Shown here: positions 36,896 to 48,700 of the stretch, piece by piece
Numbering within the stretch: the first letter of the stretch is position 1
How the letters are laid out: every line of letters begins with the position of its first letter
Virus record (IMG/VR): IMGVR_UViG_3300031994_000006
Location: 64,001 to 128,000 of that record
Direction: 5' to 3' (one strand)
DNA: 64,000 nucleotides
Source: a virus
Taxonomy: Duplodnaviria > Caudoviricetes
Made by a program: the position numbers and the translations under genes
Notes under the pieces: model-generated
Databases searched by the model: none
What the model was told of the DNA's origin: nothing
Seen by the model: only the letters and a program-made list of their open reading frames with translations

Positions 36896-38812
36896 TTAAC
36901 GAATTTGATAACAGTCTGGTAATATATCCCAGAGCTCCTGACGCTCGGTCATGTCCAGGCCTATCTCCTGTGCGATGCGATCATCGTCCCAGTCGTCCGC
37001 AAAGCCCGTGTCGGGCCAGGGGATGTACTTGATGGCATGACATACATGAAATCCATTTCTGAAGGCCTTGACATATACACGGACGAAGTCGGTCATCATA
37101 TAGTGATAGAAATGAAGGGCCTCCTTCTGTGTATTAAACGCAACGAATATACCTGAAATCTTAAAATCGGTATTTTGTTGTACAGGTATACCTATATTTT
37201 TAAACATCAGAGTATCATAATCAGGTGAACCTATATGTTTGTTCTGATCAGTCAGCTTGACAGTCCATTTGTTAATAAATCCTGAATTGTCTTTAATACG
37301 TTTGGCACCACCACGACCACCGTCACCATTTGTAAATGCATAATTATTAAGTCTATTATTTCCGAGTCTCTTACCCTTCTCAATGACAGTTTTCAATATT
37401 GAGTGTCTGTCAGCCTGACTGAAATCTTCTACATTTTCATATGACTTTTTATCTTTACCATCATAAGCAACAGTAAGGCCTGATCCTTTGACGATTCTGA
37501 ATATACCGAGAGTCTGTCCAACATTCGCTCCCTCACCTTGGAACAGCTCAAGTGCGTTCGACAATATGTTCGCGTCACAGTGTCTGTCCTCAAGTATCCT
37601 AACACGTTTGGAGTCGTTCAGGAACCAGGTCGCCGGCTGGATGCTGACGACGGTATCAGCGAGCTCAATCGCCTTTGACAGGAACATCTCGTCGAGGTTC
37701 TGTATAGACGTGGACGTGGACGTCTTCGGGGCCGTATACGGCGGATTCATTATGATATAGTCGAATTTCATGTCTCTCAGTTTTTCGGGAATTTCTGTAT
37801 CGATGCCTTTGATCCAATTTAGGAAACCCGGCACATTAATTATATGCTTAAATTTACACTTAGTCCTATATTCAAGCTGACTTTTTATTGCAATTCTGGC
37901 ATCTCCTGTAAGACAAATGCCCCAGAATCCGTCAGCAATAGTCTGACGATCGATTCCCTGTTCACAGAATTTGTTACAAAGCCTATTGAATATAGTCTCA
38001 ATAATATTCGCATCTTTACAAGCAAAGTCACAGATTTCAACCAGTCCATTATGGTTCAAATCCATATGATTATAATTACGGATACGTCCGAGATTCATTA
38101 TAGGAATTATTTTCTCACTAACAACCTTTTCAGGTGTTGAGACATATTTCATCTCAACAATCCGCTCATCAGTATATCGTCCAAATCTGTTATAAAAGAT
38201 ATGACGAAGTAAATTGGCCTCTATCGATCCAGGCTGGAACTCCATATCAAGATCCCTTGTATATCTCGAATCATAATGCTGAATCATTCCAGACATCTGA
38301 TCTATCGTAATCTGGAGTGACTTGATGAACTCATCAAGGCCTCTGTGAGGAAGACTTTCGATATACTCAGATCCACGACCAAGCTTCTCATCTGAATAAT
38401 TATCTTTTCTATTTCTGGTTGTCTCAGTATTCATTACACTTGCGCATAATTCACGGATGACATCATCAATATGTCCTGTATAATTGGCGCCGAGCGTCAC
38501 ATATCCATACAAATCGTCATTCAGATCATAACCGCGCCAGTCCTCATTGTATGTCGATGAATAGCGAGACTTACATGCCTCTATACACTCATCCTCAGTC
38601 GCATCGGACGGACAATGGGTAAGACCGATTTTAATTTTCTCGACTGTCGGCATCATCTCATAGTCATGATTACAGTATGCCTTCGGCGTTATGAAATAAA
38701 TCAGGGTATCGTCCTTAGCCTTTTTGGCTGGACGGCCTTCTCCGCGTACAGTCCTCTGTTCCATCAGTTCCTGGTACACATCCGACAGTCTGTAGGGCAT
38801 TTTCTCTTCCAT
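36896..38812 (-). CDS. Eco57I/type IIG-like adenine DNA methyltransferase with putative N-terminal GIY-YIG/T5orf172-like domain
   Basis: KFDYIIMNPPY (motif IV), SIQPATW, CDFACKDANI (motif I-like); IYFIT...KIKIGLT near the N-terminus; start placed at ATG 38812, downstream of the promoter box. Confidence 0.8.
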   Translation of the reverse strand: MEEKMPYRLSDVYQELMEQRTVRGEGRPAKKAKDDTLIYFITPKAYCNHDYEMMPTVEKIKIGLTHCPSDATEDECIEACKSRYSSTYNEDWRGYDLNDDLYGYVTLGANYTGHIDDVIRELCASVMNTETTRNRKDNYSDEKLGRGSEYIESLPHRGLDEFIKSLQITIDQMSGMIQHYDSRYTRDLDMEFQPGSIEANLLRHIFYNRFGRYTDERIVEMKYVSTPEKVVSEKIIPIMNLGRIRNYNHMDLNHNGLVEICDFACKDANIIETIFNRLCNKFCEQGIDRQTIADGFWGICLTGDARIAIKSQLEYRTKCKFKHIINVPGFLNWIKGIDTEIPEKLRDMKFDYIIMNPPYTAPKTSTSTSIQNLDEMFLSKAIELADTVVSIQPATWFLNDSKRVRILEDRHCDANILSNALELFQGEGANVGQTLGIFRIVKGSGLTVAYDGKDKKSYENVEDFSQADRHSILKTVIEKGKRLGNNRLNNYAFTNGDGGRGGAKRIKDNSGFINKWTVKLTDQNKHIGSPDYDTLMFKNIGIPVQQNTDFKISGIFVAFNTQKEALHFYHYMMTDFVRVYVKAFRNGFHVCHAIKYIPWPDTGFADDWDDDRIAQEIGLDMTERQELWDILPDCYQIR

Positions 38813-38835
38813 ATTACTTTGTTTTATATTTAACT

Positions 38836-38900
38836 TTACTGCAAAGATAGGCATTTCCGACGAAAATAAAAAATCCTGCAGCGTCTTTCTGCAGGATTTT
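38836..38900 (-). promoter_or_regulatory. terminator hairpin fused to a Bacteroidota-type promoter (copy 2)
   Basis: aaaatcctgcag...ctgcaggatttt hairpin; minus strand TATCTTTGCA matches the TAnnTTTG -7 box at 38842-38849. Confidence 0.7.
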
Positions 38901-38921
38901 GCATTATTTTGTTATATCCGC

Positions 38922-39623
38922 CTATTTCTGTCTGCCGAGGCTATCCGGCCAGATCATAAACGTGTCCGTCAATATGAAATACGTATCACATCCGTATTCG
39001 TCCAGGAACTTCTTGAACATGCCCGCAAGCTCCCGGGGATTGCGGTACAGGTCCCTGGCCTTGTAGATGTATGCCGAGACCGTGGGCCAGTACATATAGT
39101 TTTCCGATGGATCCGTCTCGTTCCACCTGTCATATACGTCGTCCTCACCGTACTTCTCTTCGAACTCCTCGAACGTCATGAACCTTCCGGTATTGTCATC
39201 GTACCGGTAATTCTCCGACGTCTTGTATATGTCGTCCATCTCATAGGCGAAAGTCTTGCCGAAGAACCAGTTGCTGAAGCTTCCATTCTGTATATAGTTG
39301 TCGGGAATTAGGACAGCCATGAACTTATCGCCGTCGATGGTGTTCACCTCGTCGAGTCCGCTCCTCTCCATGAGATCCTGTATGTCCTCGGGTACGCCGG
39401 TGCACCTTCTCTTATTAGAGTCCTCATATATCTCCAGGGTGCCATTCTTATTTCCGTTGTAGTACGTGACGAGCGCCACGTGGAACACCATGTTCGCGTA
39501 GTCGGTCACATCGAAGGCCATATCCTGGACGGCATCCTGTATGGACTCCTTCTTACGAGCCCTGTTGCCGGCATTAAACGCCTCCCACAGAGGCCTGTAT
39601 ATATCCGAAAGTCTAACATTCAT
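38922..39623 (-). CDS. EAFxAGNRARKKE-tagged protein (putative internal head protein)
   Basis: MNVRLSDIYRPLWE-AFNAGNRARKKESIQD. Confidence 0.75.
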   Translation of the reverse strand: MNVRLSDIYRPLWEAFNAGNRARKKESIQDAVQDMAFDVTDYANMVFHVALVTYYNGNKNGTLEIYEDSNKRRCTGVPEDIQDLMERSGLDEVNTIDGDKFMAVLIPDNYIQNGSFSNWFFGKTFAYEMDDIYKTSENYRYDDNTGRFMTFEEFEEKYGEDDVYDRWNETDPSENYMYWPTVSAYIYKARDLYRNPRELAGMFKKFLDEYGCDTYFILTDTFMIWPDSLGRQK

Positions 39624-39627
39624 GCCA

Positions 39628-39635
39628 TATTTATA
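39628..39635 (-). promoter_or_regulatory. T4-type late promoter TATAAATA
   Basis: Exact consensus 4 nt before the ATG at 39623. Confidence 0.65.
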
Positions 39636-39662
39636 ATCCCAGGCGGCCCGTGCCGGTCATTG

Positions 39663-39669
39663 ATAAATA
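39663..39669 (+). promoter_or_regulatory. late promoter-like ATAAATA
   Basis: GATAAATAATCGGAA upstream of the 3526-aa gene. Confidence 0.55.
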
Positions 39670-39713
39670 ATCGGAACTATTGCCGATAAAGGCCTTATTC
39701 TTTTTAGTATATC

Positions 39714-42700
39714 ATGATAGAGAAATGGACCCGCAGGGACGCCTCGACGTTCGAGAAGCAGATCATAGGCGCGGCGACCGCCAACAACATCGTCGTCAAC
39801 AACCCCAGGATCGCGTCCGGGCCCGTCTCGCTCGACAGCGTGCTCGGCTCGTACAAGGAGAACATCGACCACCTGTACGGAATAGCCAAGTGGAACTCCC
39901 GCCACGGGGGCGGCGGAGGCGGCGGCACGGGCGGCGGCGAGACGGCCGAGACCAGGATCATGTTCACCGACTCGAACAACCTCGACATATCCGACTCCGC
40001 CAGGAGGACCGACGGATCCTCGTACTCATTCAACGTGACGATCGCCAACGCGGATCCCGACTACCAGTACCGCGTCACGGTCTACCGCCAGGACGATCCC
40101 TCGAAGGTCTACCGCACCGCGGTCCTGACCAGGGCGGTCCCGACCATCTCCATCACGGCCGACGACATCGTGTCCGGCAACAACGTCATCATCGCCTCGG
40201 CGCAGGTCATCAACGACGGCACCAGGCTGACGTCGCGCTCCCTCACGGTCCAGAGGGCCGGCGTGTCCGTATCGGCCGTGACCGTCAACTACACCTCGAG
40301 CTCCCTGGAGGACGGCTACACCGTCACCCCGGGCGCCGCGGTCTACAAGTCGAGGGACCAGATACCCTTCATCGTCAACATACTCATCAACCCGAGCATC
40401 TCCGGTAACCTGGACTACGAGATCGACCTGAGCTCGATACTCGGCCCGGCCCATGAGAACGCCAGGATAACCGTGACCGGCCTGAGGTCCACGGGACAGC
40501 AGATCACCGTGCCGCTCAACCTGTCGGACCAGCTCTACTCGAGGGTCATGGTCAACGGCAAGTCCTATGACGTCAAGGTGACCGCCAGGCTGCAGATCGA
40601 CGGAACGCTGGACTACATCTCGGCGCCCGTGTTCACGTTCAGGGTCTCCTGGGTGACCGCCGACGGCATCACGGTGCTCTACTCCAACCCCGAGTGGAAC
40701 GACCTCGAGACGGAGGCCTATTCGGACTCCTGGTTCGCCGACGGCAACAACATCAACATGAACGGCTATGTGTACGCGCAGCGCACGTACAGCTACATAT
40801 ACCCGATCTACTACGTCTACAGGCGCACGGCGGACGGCGGATGGGACCTCATCCAGAACACCGGCGTCATCAACTACGGCCCGGAGCATGACGACGGATG
40901 GACGTACGCCGGAGGCCAGATGACCAACCGCGACATCAACGCGTTCATCTCCGGTAACATCCAGCGCCGACAGAGGAACAACGGCGAGGGCGTCTCGTTC
41001 GACGTCAACCTGTCCTACAACTCGATGCAGGACGACTGGTTCATGCCGAAGGACGTGTTCGACCCGGGATACGGGCTCGAGGATCCGACTGACTTCGCGT
41101 CCATCCGCGTCGACGTCTACATATTCGCCGGCAACTCGGCCAACAGCATCACCACGATGCCGGCCGTCGACTCAGAGGGCAGGTTCATACCGAACATATC
41201 AGTCAAGGCCGCCGTCGAGTACGCGGCCGCCGCGGTCCCTGACTACGTCCACGGCCAGTGCTACAAGGACGTGATAGCCGGCAAGGCCGAGGGCATCATC
41301 CGCTCCGAGGAGCACCGCCGCTTCAACCTCGACCTGCTGTCGAACCTGACCGGCTCGTACACGCAGACAGAGTACCGCAATCCCCAGAGATTCGAGGCCA
41401 ATGGGCAGGATTATGAGTACGACCTCCCGTTCCGCTATGTCAGGTCCAACAACACTACGACCGGATTCGTCCGTGAGGATTCCAGGGGCGTCATGAAGTT
41501 CAGGGCGACCGGCGAGTTCTACGGCTACATGACCACCGACGACCTCGCCCCGTTCGTGCTTACCGCATCCGACGGCATATCGTCATGGACCAATCTGTTC
41601 GCAGGCGACGGTTCCGGCTTCACTATCGAGCTCATCTTCAACTCCGACTGGCACCCGAACAACAAGGGCACCGTGTTCTCCATGGGCACCTATAACGCCA
41701 ACGGGGAGCTCACGTCGGGTATCGAGGTCACGCTTGACAAGGTATCCGTCAAGCTCAGGCAGGACGATACCATCTCGCTCGAGGTCCCGCTCATCCAGAA
41801 CACGCTCACGCAGATCGACATCTGCGTCTCCAGGCGCCGTGTCACCATCGGCGGCCAGACCGAGGACTATATCATCGCGAACGTCTACAAGAACGGCATC
41901 AGCCACGCGCTCGGCGCCGCGGCCGTCCGCAGCCTGAACGACCTCATGCAGTTCAACGGCCTGTATTTCGGCGCGAAGAACGTGAACGGGACCATGACCA
42001 ACTTCACGGACGCCGACATGTACGGACTGAGGCTCTACGATCAGCCGCTGCTCGACTACGACGTGACCAGGAACTGGCTTATCACATACTCGTGCATGCA
42101 CAAGGTGAAGTCTGCTACCGGAAACTCATGGGAGTACGATCCGGACGTGGTCGCGTCGGTGCTCGAGAAGAACTACTTCAACGCCGACTGGGATACGCCC
42201 ATCTGGGACTTCGCGACCAAGAAGCCTGCATCCGGCGACGCCCTCCTCGAGGCCCTCACGACCGTCAAGCAGCGTCTGTCCGCCACCAGCAAGGAGTACT
42301 ACCGCGAGCTTCCCGTCCTGCTGATTACAACACAGGACCAGGGCGCCTATAACTACGTCAGCGCGATATACGACGAGAACGCCGCCGCGGTCAACAACGC
42401 ACGCAGCTACGACTCGCAGCCAGGCTCAGGCACAGGCCTCATCCCCGCGTCCATGCAGTACTGGGACGAGCTCGGAAACGACCCGATCAGCATCGCCTCG
42501 ATGTTCTTCAACGTACAGGGTACCTCCACACAGGGCTATCACTCCAAGAACTTCGAGATATACTTCGGCAGGTACCGTGAGACCGGCTCCGGCCATGCGT
42601 ACGATCCGGACCAGAACTACTCGGGCTCGCTCGGCACCGACCAGGCGTTCAATGACGGCGAGGTGCTCTTCACCCCGAAGTCGAAGAAGTGGCTCCCTGA

Positions 42701-45700
42701 GAACCGCTTCACGCTGAAGGCCGACGTCATGGACTCCGGCCATGCGAACAACGCCGCCATCGGACGCTGGATCAACGACACCGGCTACATGCCGAAGAAC
42801 CCGGCGCAGAACGACACCGCCAACAGATACCGCAGCAAGGTCAAGGGCACGCTTGAGGGATTCCCCGTCGCCGTGTTCGTGACATGGGGCGACACGACCG
42901 TGCCTTCGTTCCTCGGCATCTACTCGTTCAACCTCGGCCGTGGCTCGTACTTCAACCTCGGCTTCAAGCAGCTCGAGCGCTATGAGCTCGTCCATGACAA
43001 CGTGGGCGACTCCGCCGACTGGAAGGACGCGGCCGACTCCGACTACGAGGGACCGTCAATCGTCAACCGCTATGAGATGAAGGTGCCGAGCGACACCGTG
43101 TTCTCGTTCGAGTGCACGACCAACGATCCCGTCGAAGCCACGGGCCTCAACCAGGTCAGCGACGCCGTCATCCAGAACTCATGGGACGTCAAGTACAAGT
43201 CCGCCAACATGACGGACCAGAACGCCTTCGCCGTCCTGCGCGGATTCCATGAGTTCCTCGCGTTCGCGAACGACAACGTCGGTAACGACAGCAGGAACGA
43301 GCAGAAGTACTGGTACACCGTCAACCCGCAGACGAACGAGATCCTGACCGACAAGGTGTACCGTTCGGTATCTGATCCGTCCGTATGGTTCCGCAACAGC
43401 GTGACCGTCACGGAGCTCGACGCCGTCGACGGACAGCGCCGCTTCAGTCATATCATATCGGCCGCCGATATCGAGACGCTCAATACGCTCGTCGTGAAGG
43501 GACAGGGTTCGCTCGTCGACGACCTCTTCATCGATGACATGAAGTGGACCGAGGGACTGTTCCTCAACAGGAATGCCGGTCGCCTCGGCTGGAACGAGTT
43601 CATGAACTCGCGTCCCGACCACAGGCTCGGCTTCTATAACGCCGACGCGACCGACCTCTACTTCAACCTGAGCGAGAAGACGATTACACCGGCGACCTCC
43701 GCGGGCGAGGGAGGCTGGATGGACTTCGCGTCGTTCTCATGCTACTTCAACGTGGCGATGCTGTTCGGCATGGTCGACTCACTCGGCAAGAACTTCACGC
43801 TGAGGACCTGGAACGGCGTCAACGGCGTCGCGACGATGTTCCCTGCCTTCTATGATATGGATACCGCCCTCGGCCTTAACAACTACGGCGCCGAGAATAT
43901 CGATCCTATCGCGTTCGTCGACTACTGGATGAACGTGGAGCGCAACGGCAACACCCAGATCAGGGTGCTGACCGAGCACTACCCGACCCGTGTCAACGAG
44001 GGCAACGTCTATAACTGGTACGATCCGGACGACGGCGCACTGCTCCGCTCGTTCACCGACTCGGCCCTGCAGCCGCCTTCTCCCGAGCTCGTGCAGTATG
44101 ACCAGCCCCAGTCCCACCTGTGGCACCTCGTCAGGTTCCTGCCGTACATCGAGGGCAACGACTTCTTCTATAACAACAACGGCCTTATCTCCGTCTACGG
44201 AGAATGGGGACGTCTCCGCGGCACCAAGAGCGGCGGTGACTTCTCGTACTTCGGCTCCTATAAGGAGTTCATGGAAAACTACTACAAGGCGCAGAACGAG
44301 GCCGTCGGCGAGATGATCTTCAACCTCGACTACGCTGAGAAGTACCAGACGCCGGTCATCAGGAACAACAAGCAGTCGTTCGGAGACATGACGTTCTGTC
44401 ACGGTCCCCGTATCGAATTCGTCACCGAATGGCTCCGCAAGCGTATATCGTTCCTCGACTCGATCTACAACCTGAACGGCCTGTTCCAGATGGACGACGG
44501 CGTGACGATCGACTCGAGGTTCAATGAGCTGCACGGCACGAACATCGGCGGCACGACGAACCAGTACGATATATTCAACGCGACGTACTCCGGCAATGTG
44601 GCCGAGACCGGCGAGTCGCCCTATCTCGAGAACTTCAACGGCCGTACCGGTATCATCAAGCAGAACTCCAGGTACTACTTCGATATCACGGCCAACACGC
44701 CCTGTATCATGACAATGACGCTCGGTAACGTCGCCAACAGGTTCCTCCTGATGGACAACGTGCCCACGTCGGTCAACATAACGGCGGCGTCGTCAATCTC
44801 GATGACCGTGAACTTCAATGCCGTATCGGCGCTTTCGGAGTGGACCGGCCTGAAGGAAATAGGACTGCAGTCGTTCAACTCGGTCGTCAACGACTGGAAC
44901 CTCATCGGCCTCGACTTTTCAGGGCTCGAGTCCATCCAGTCCGACACGAACTTCAACATCTCGGCGATGAACGAGCTCAGGACGCTCGACCTGTCCAACT
45001 TCAAGCTCCAGGGCGGCGCCGCGGTATCCGGTATCAACTGCGCCGACATGGAGAAGCTCGAGGAGCTCAACATCAAGGGTTCCTCAATCCGTTCACTGAC
45101 GCTCCCCGCCGGCGGTAACCTGCGTACGCTCGACGTCGCCGGCACCGACCTGACGGAGCTCGTCCTCCAGGACAAGTACATGCTCACGGGCTCGAAGGAC
45201 GGATACCTCAACCTGGCGGGCTGCACGCAGCTCAGGACGCTCAGGGTCATCAACTGCCCGAATCTCCGAGGCATCAGCTTCGGCAACAACATCTCGCTGC
45301 AGACCATCGAGATTGAGGACTGCGACATGCTCGAGATGTTCAACTGGGACGGCGAGTCCTCGACAGCCGTCACCCTGGACAACAAGACCAACGCGTATCC
45401 GGATGTCATACAGTCCATCAGGATCACCGGCAGCTGCCCGAACCTGAAGTCCGTATCCGTCAGGAACGTCGCCAACCCCGACGCCGTCATCGACCTCAGC
45501 GGATGCACCGGCATGGACTCCCTGACCATTGAGATGTGCCAGGACCTCAAGGCCGCGCCGATACTGCCCGCCACCATATCCGTCGGTTCCGACAACAAGC
45601 CGACCGACTATCTCATCTATGACGCCGACTACCGCCGTAACAGGCCGTTCTCGCTGTTCCTGAGGAACGTGGCGTTCACCGCGTTCGCGTTCGGCCAGAC

Positions 45701-48700
45701 GGATCAGTCGTTCACTTCGTATACGGTTCCCGAAGGCGCGGTCGACGCGTCCTATCCGTACGTGTCCTATGTCCCCTATGCCGATGCGGACACGGTCGTC
45801 AAGCAGACGCAGCAGGATCTCATCATGAATCTCGCGGTGTTCAAGTCGCTCGGCACGGTCACGCTGACCAACCTGACAAACATCAAGTTCGTGGCACTCC
45901 CGATGACTGCGACCGCGCAGAGGATCAATGCACAGACCGGCGCCGGCATATCGATTACAGCCTGCCCGATGCTCCGCCGCATATTCGGTAATATGGCGTT
46001 CGCGGCCGGTACGTTCGGTATGACGAAGAACCTGACCTCGTTCAGGATCTGCGACTGGAACGGATTCGACTCGAGCTATGTCGCCGCCGGCGAATACGTC
46101 TCGATGCGCAACTCGCACAAGCAGGTCAAGGACGCGTTCGACTCCATCATGGTATCCGGCAGCTCGCTCGACGCCGGCGCGATCGTCGCCAAGATGCACG
46201 ACCAGGATCCCGCGGCCCCGATACTGCAGGATATCCGCCCGTGGACCAGGCTCGCCGTCGATACGGAGCTCGTCCGCGGATTCCAGGGCCAGCTGTCCCA
46301 GGCATTCAACAATACGTCCGTGTCGATGAACGACGTCTACTACATCATGGCGATCGTCAACATCTACAACAGGAACCTGATGCGTCAGGGCATGGAGACG
46401 CCCGGACTCATAACGAACCTGTCCGACATGTTCAACGGATGCCCGAACATCTTCACGGAGTACAGTCAGGACGCCGCGAGGGGCGACCGTTCACCGAGCC
46501 ACATGCTCTTCAAGTACCTGGCGTCCGTCAACTCCACGCCTACCGACGCGGATCACGGCGGCGGCTCGGGACTGCTGAACATCTTCAACGGAACCCTCAT
46601 GGGCGGCGTGCTTTACTCGCCTGACTGGAAGCATACCTATACGGATCCCGCCGAGTTCGGCGACCATATCGGCATACTGACGCCGTTCGCGCTGAACGGT
46701 GCGACAGTGTCGAGCCTCGGATGGGGCCTGTCCCTGATGGACGACCACTTCGCCGACACGCCGGAGGGCCTCGCCGCGTACTGGAACGCCTCCCAGAGCT
46801 TCAACGGCGTCTATAACCTCCAGGTCATCGACAACATCATGAACAACAAGGAGGCCGTCAAGTCCGCGATTGCGGGCGCGGTGGACGTCGCGTACGCCGA
46901 GGACGACAACGGCATCAGGGGATTCCGCTCAGACTGTCTGATGAAGAACTTCAAGAACGCGGAGACCGTCAGCAACTCGTTCAACGGCTCGATGATCGTC
47001 AACCCGATCAACCTGACCGTCAGCGACTCACAGGGATACTCCTATACCTATACGAGCATGCTCGAGGAGAACACCAGGCTGACCGAGGTCGTAAGCTCGT
47101 TCAACTTCTGCGTACCGAAGGAGAACGCGTTCATCGTCGACGTGTTCGGCGGCGCGCTCCCGCTTATCGAGAACCATCCGGACAAGTGGTCGAACAAGAT
47201 CACCACGATAGCCCAGTCGTTCGCGGTATCCGGCGAGAATGAGAAGATCACGAACGAGAAGGGTGAGGTGGTCCAGATCAACTACTCGCACTCGTTCTTC
47301 GTCATGACCGACGACATGTTCGCCAGGTTCGCCGACAAGATTAAATTCCTGCAGCCGAACCAGCCGGTCGTCACGACCGAGGGTCAGGGCGCCTCACAGG
47401 TGACCAAGGTCAACTATAACGCGAATATCACGGAGTCCACCGCATACGGATGGATGTTCGGCCTCAACGACAAGGATACCGCGAGCTCCATCATCAAGAC
47501 GTATGTGAGATTCAAGAACAGGACCGGACTGCCGACCGGCTCGTCCGTGTTCCCATACGGCGTGCTGAAGGGCTGCACCTCGCTCGAGGGCTGTCCCGGA
47601 CTGTTCGCCAACCTGGATCTCCGTCACTGGGTGGACAAGACATCGCTCGCCAACATAGGCACCCCGTTGACGACCGCCGAGCTCGAGGCCGGCACCCTGC
47701 TCACTGCGAGGGACGCCGTCGTCACGCTGCCCGACTGCTATTCATCGGCGCCGTATGCGCCGGTACGCAAGTACGGGGAGACGGAGTATGTCCACAAGGC
47801 GGACTTCAGCATGTTCGACGACTGCGTCTGGCTGACCAACATCACCAGCATGTTCCGTAACATCACCCCGCCTGACATCATCGGTTCGGCGTACAGCCTG
47901 GGAGACCAGTATGTGATGCCCGCCGCCATCAAGCTGACCGCGAGGTCGTTCGAGCCGTTCGCCAAGAGGCTTACGTCCGGCAGGTCGCAGGAGGAGATTA
48001 CGAAGGCCGTCTACGCGCAGTGCCTGTTCGCCGACAACCACTTCATTACCGGGCATATACCGTTCGGACTGATGTCGACCGGCAAGACGACGGAGCAGGT
48101 GTACGTACAGGGCTTCTCCGCCGCGGCCGCGAACAACGGCAGCATCGGCATCGGTTCCGGCGCGTCGGCGCTCGACTCTGCGCCGGCCGTCTATGTCCGT
48201 GACCCGTACGTGCTCGACAGGGACGCCTATGTCTGGGATGTCAAGCAGGACGATTTCAACACATATACGATTACGGATTCCGACACGGTGTCCAAGGTCG
48301 TCACTGTGAACGGCAGGAGGATCATGCCGATGGTCAAGTTCGATCCGACGAACGCGCTGCACCACAGGCTGCCCAAGTACTCGCTCAAGCACCTGAGCGA
48401 CTGGCAGAGGTCGGCGGCCGCGGGCACCGGACTTCCATCGGCGCAGACGCAGGCCGTCACGGTCACCGTCCCGTTCCGCGTCATCGCGTCCATGACCCGT
48501 ATCTTCAAGGGCTGCGACGCGAGGGGCTTCGCGTATATCCACGCGAGGTACAAGCAGGACGAGGCGGCCGATCCCGCGTTCGTATACGAGAACGCGCTCG
48601 GATTCGCCTTTAATGACGCGACGTACAGCGCCGAGAACAAGGCGAAGATCGCGGCCATCAAGAAGTACAAGGAGACCGAGTACGTCGCGGACGACTACAT

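Noticed and set aside
39680-40408. Arg-rich 242-aa alternative-frame ORF overlapping the giant gene
   Set aside because: Frame-shifted shadow of GC3-rich codons with a TTG start.
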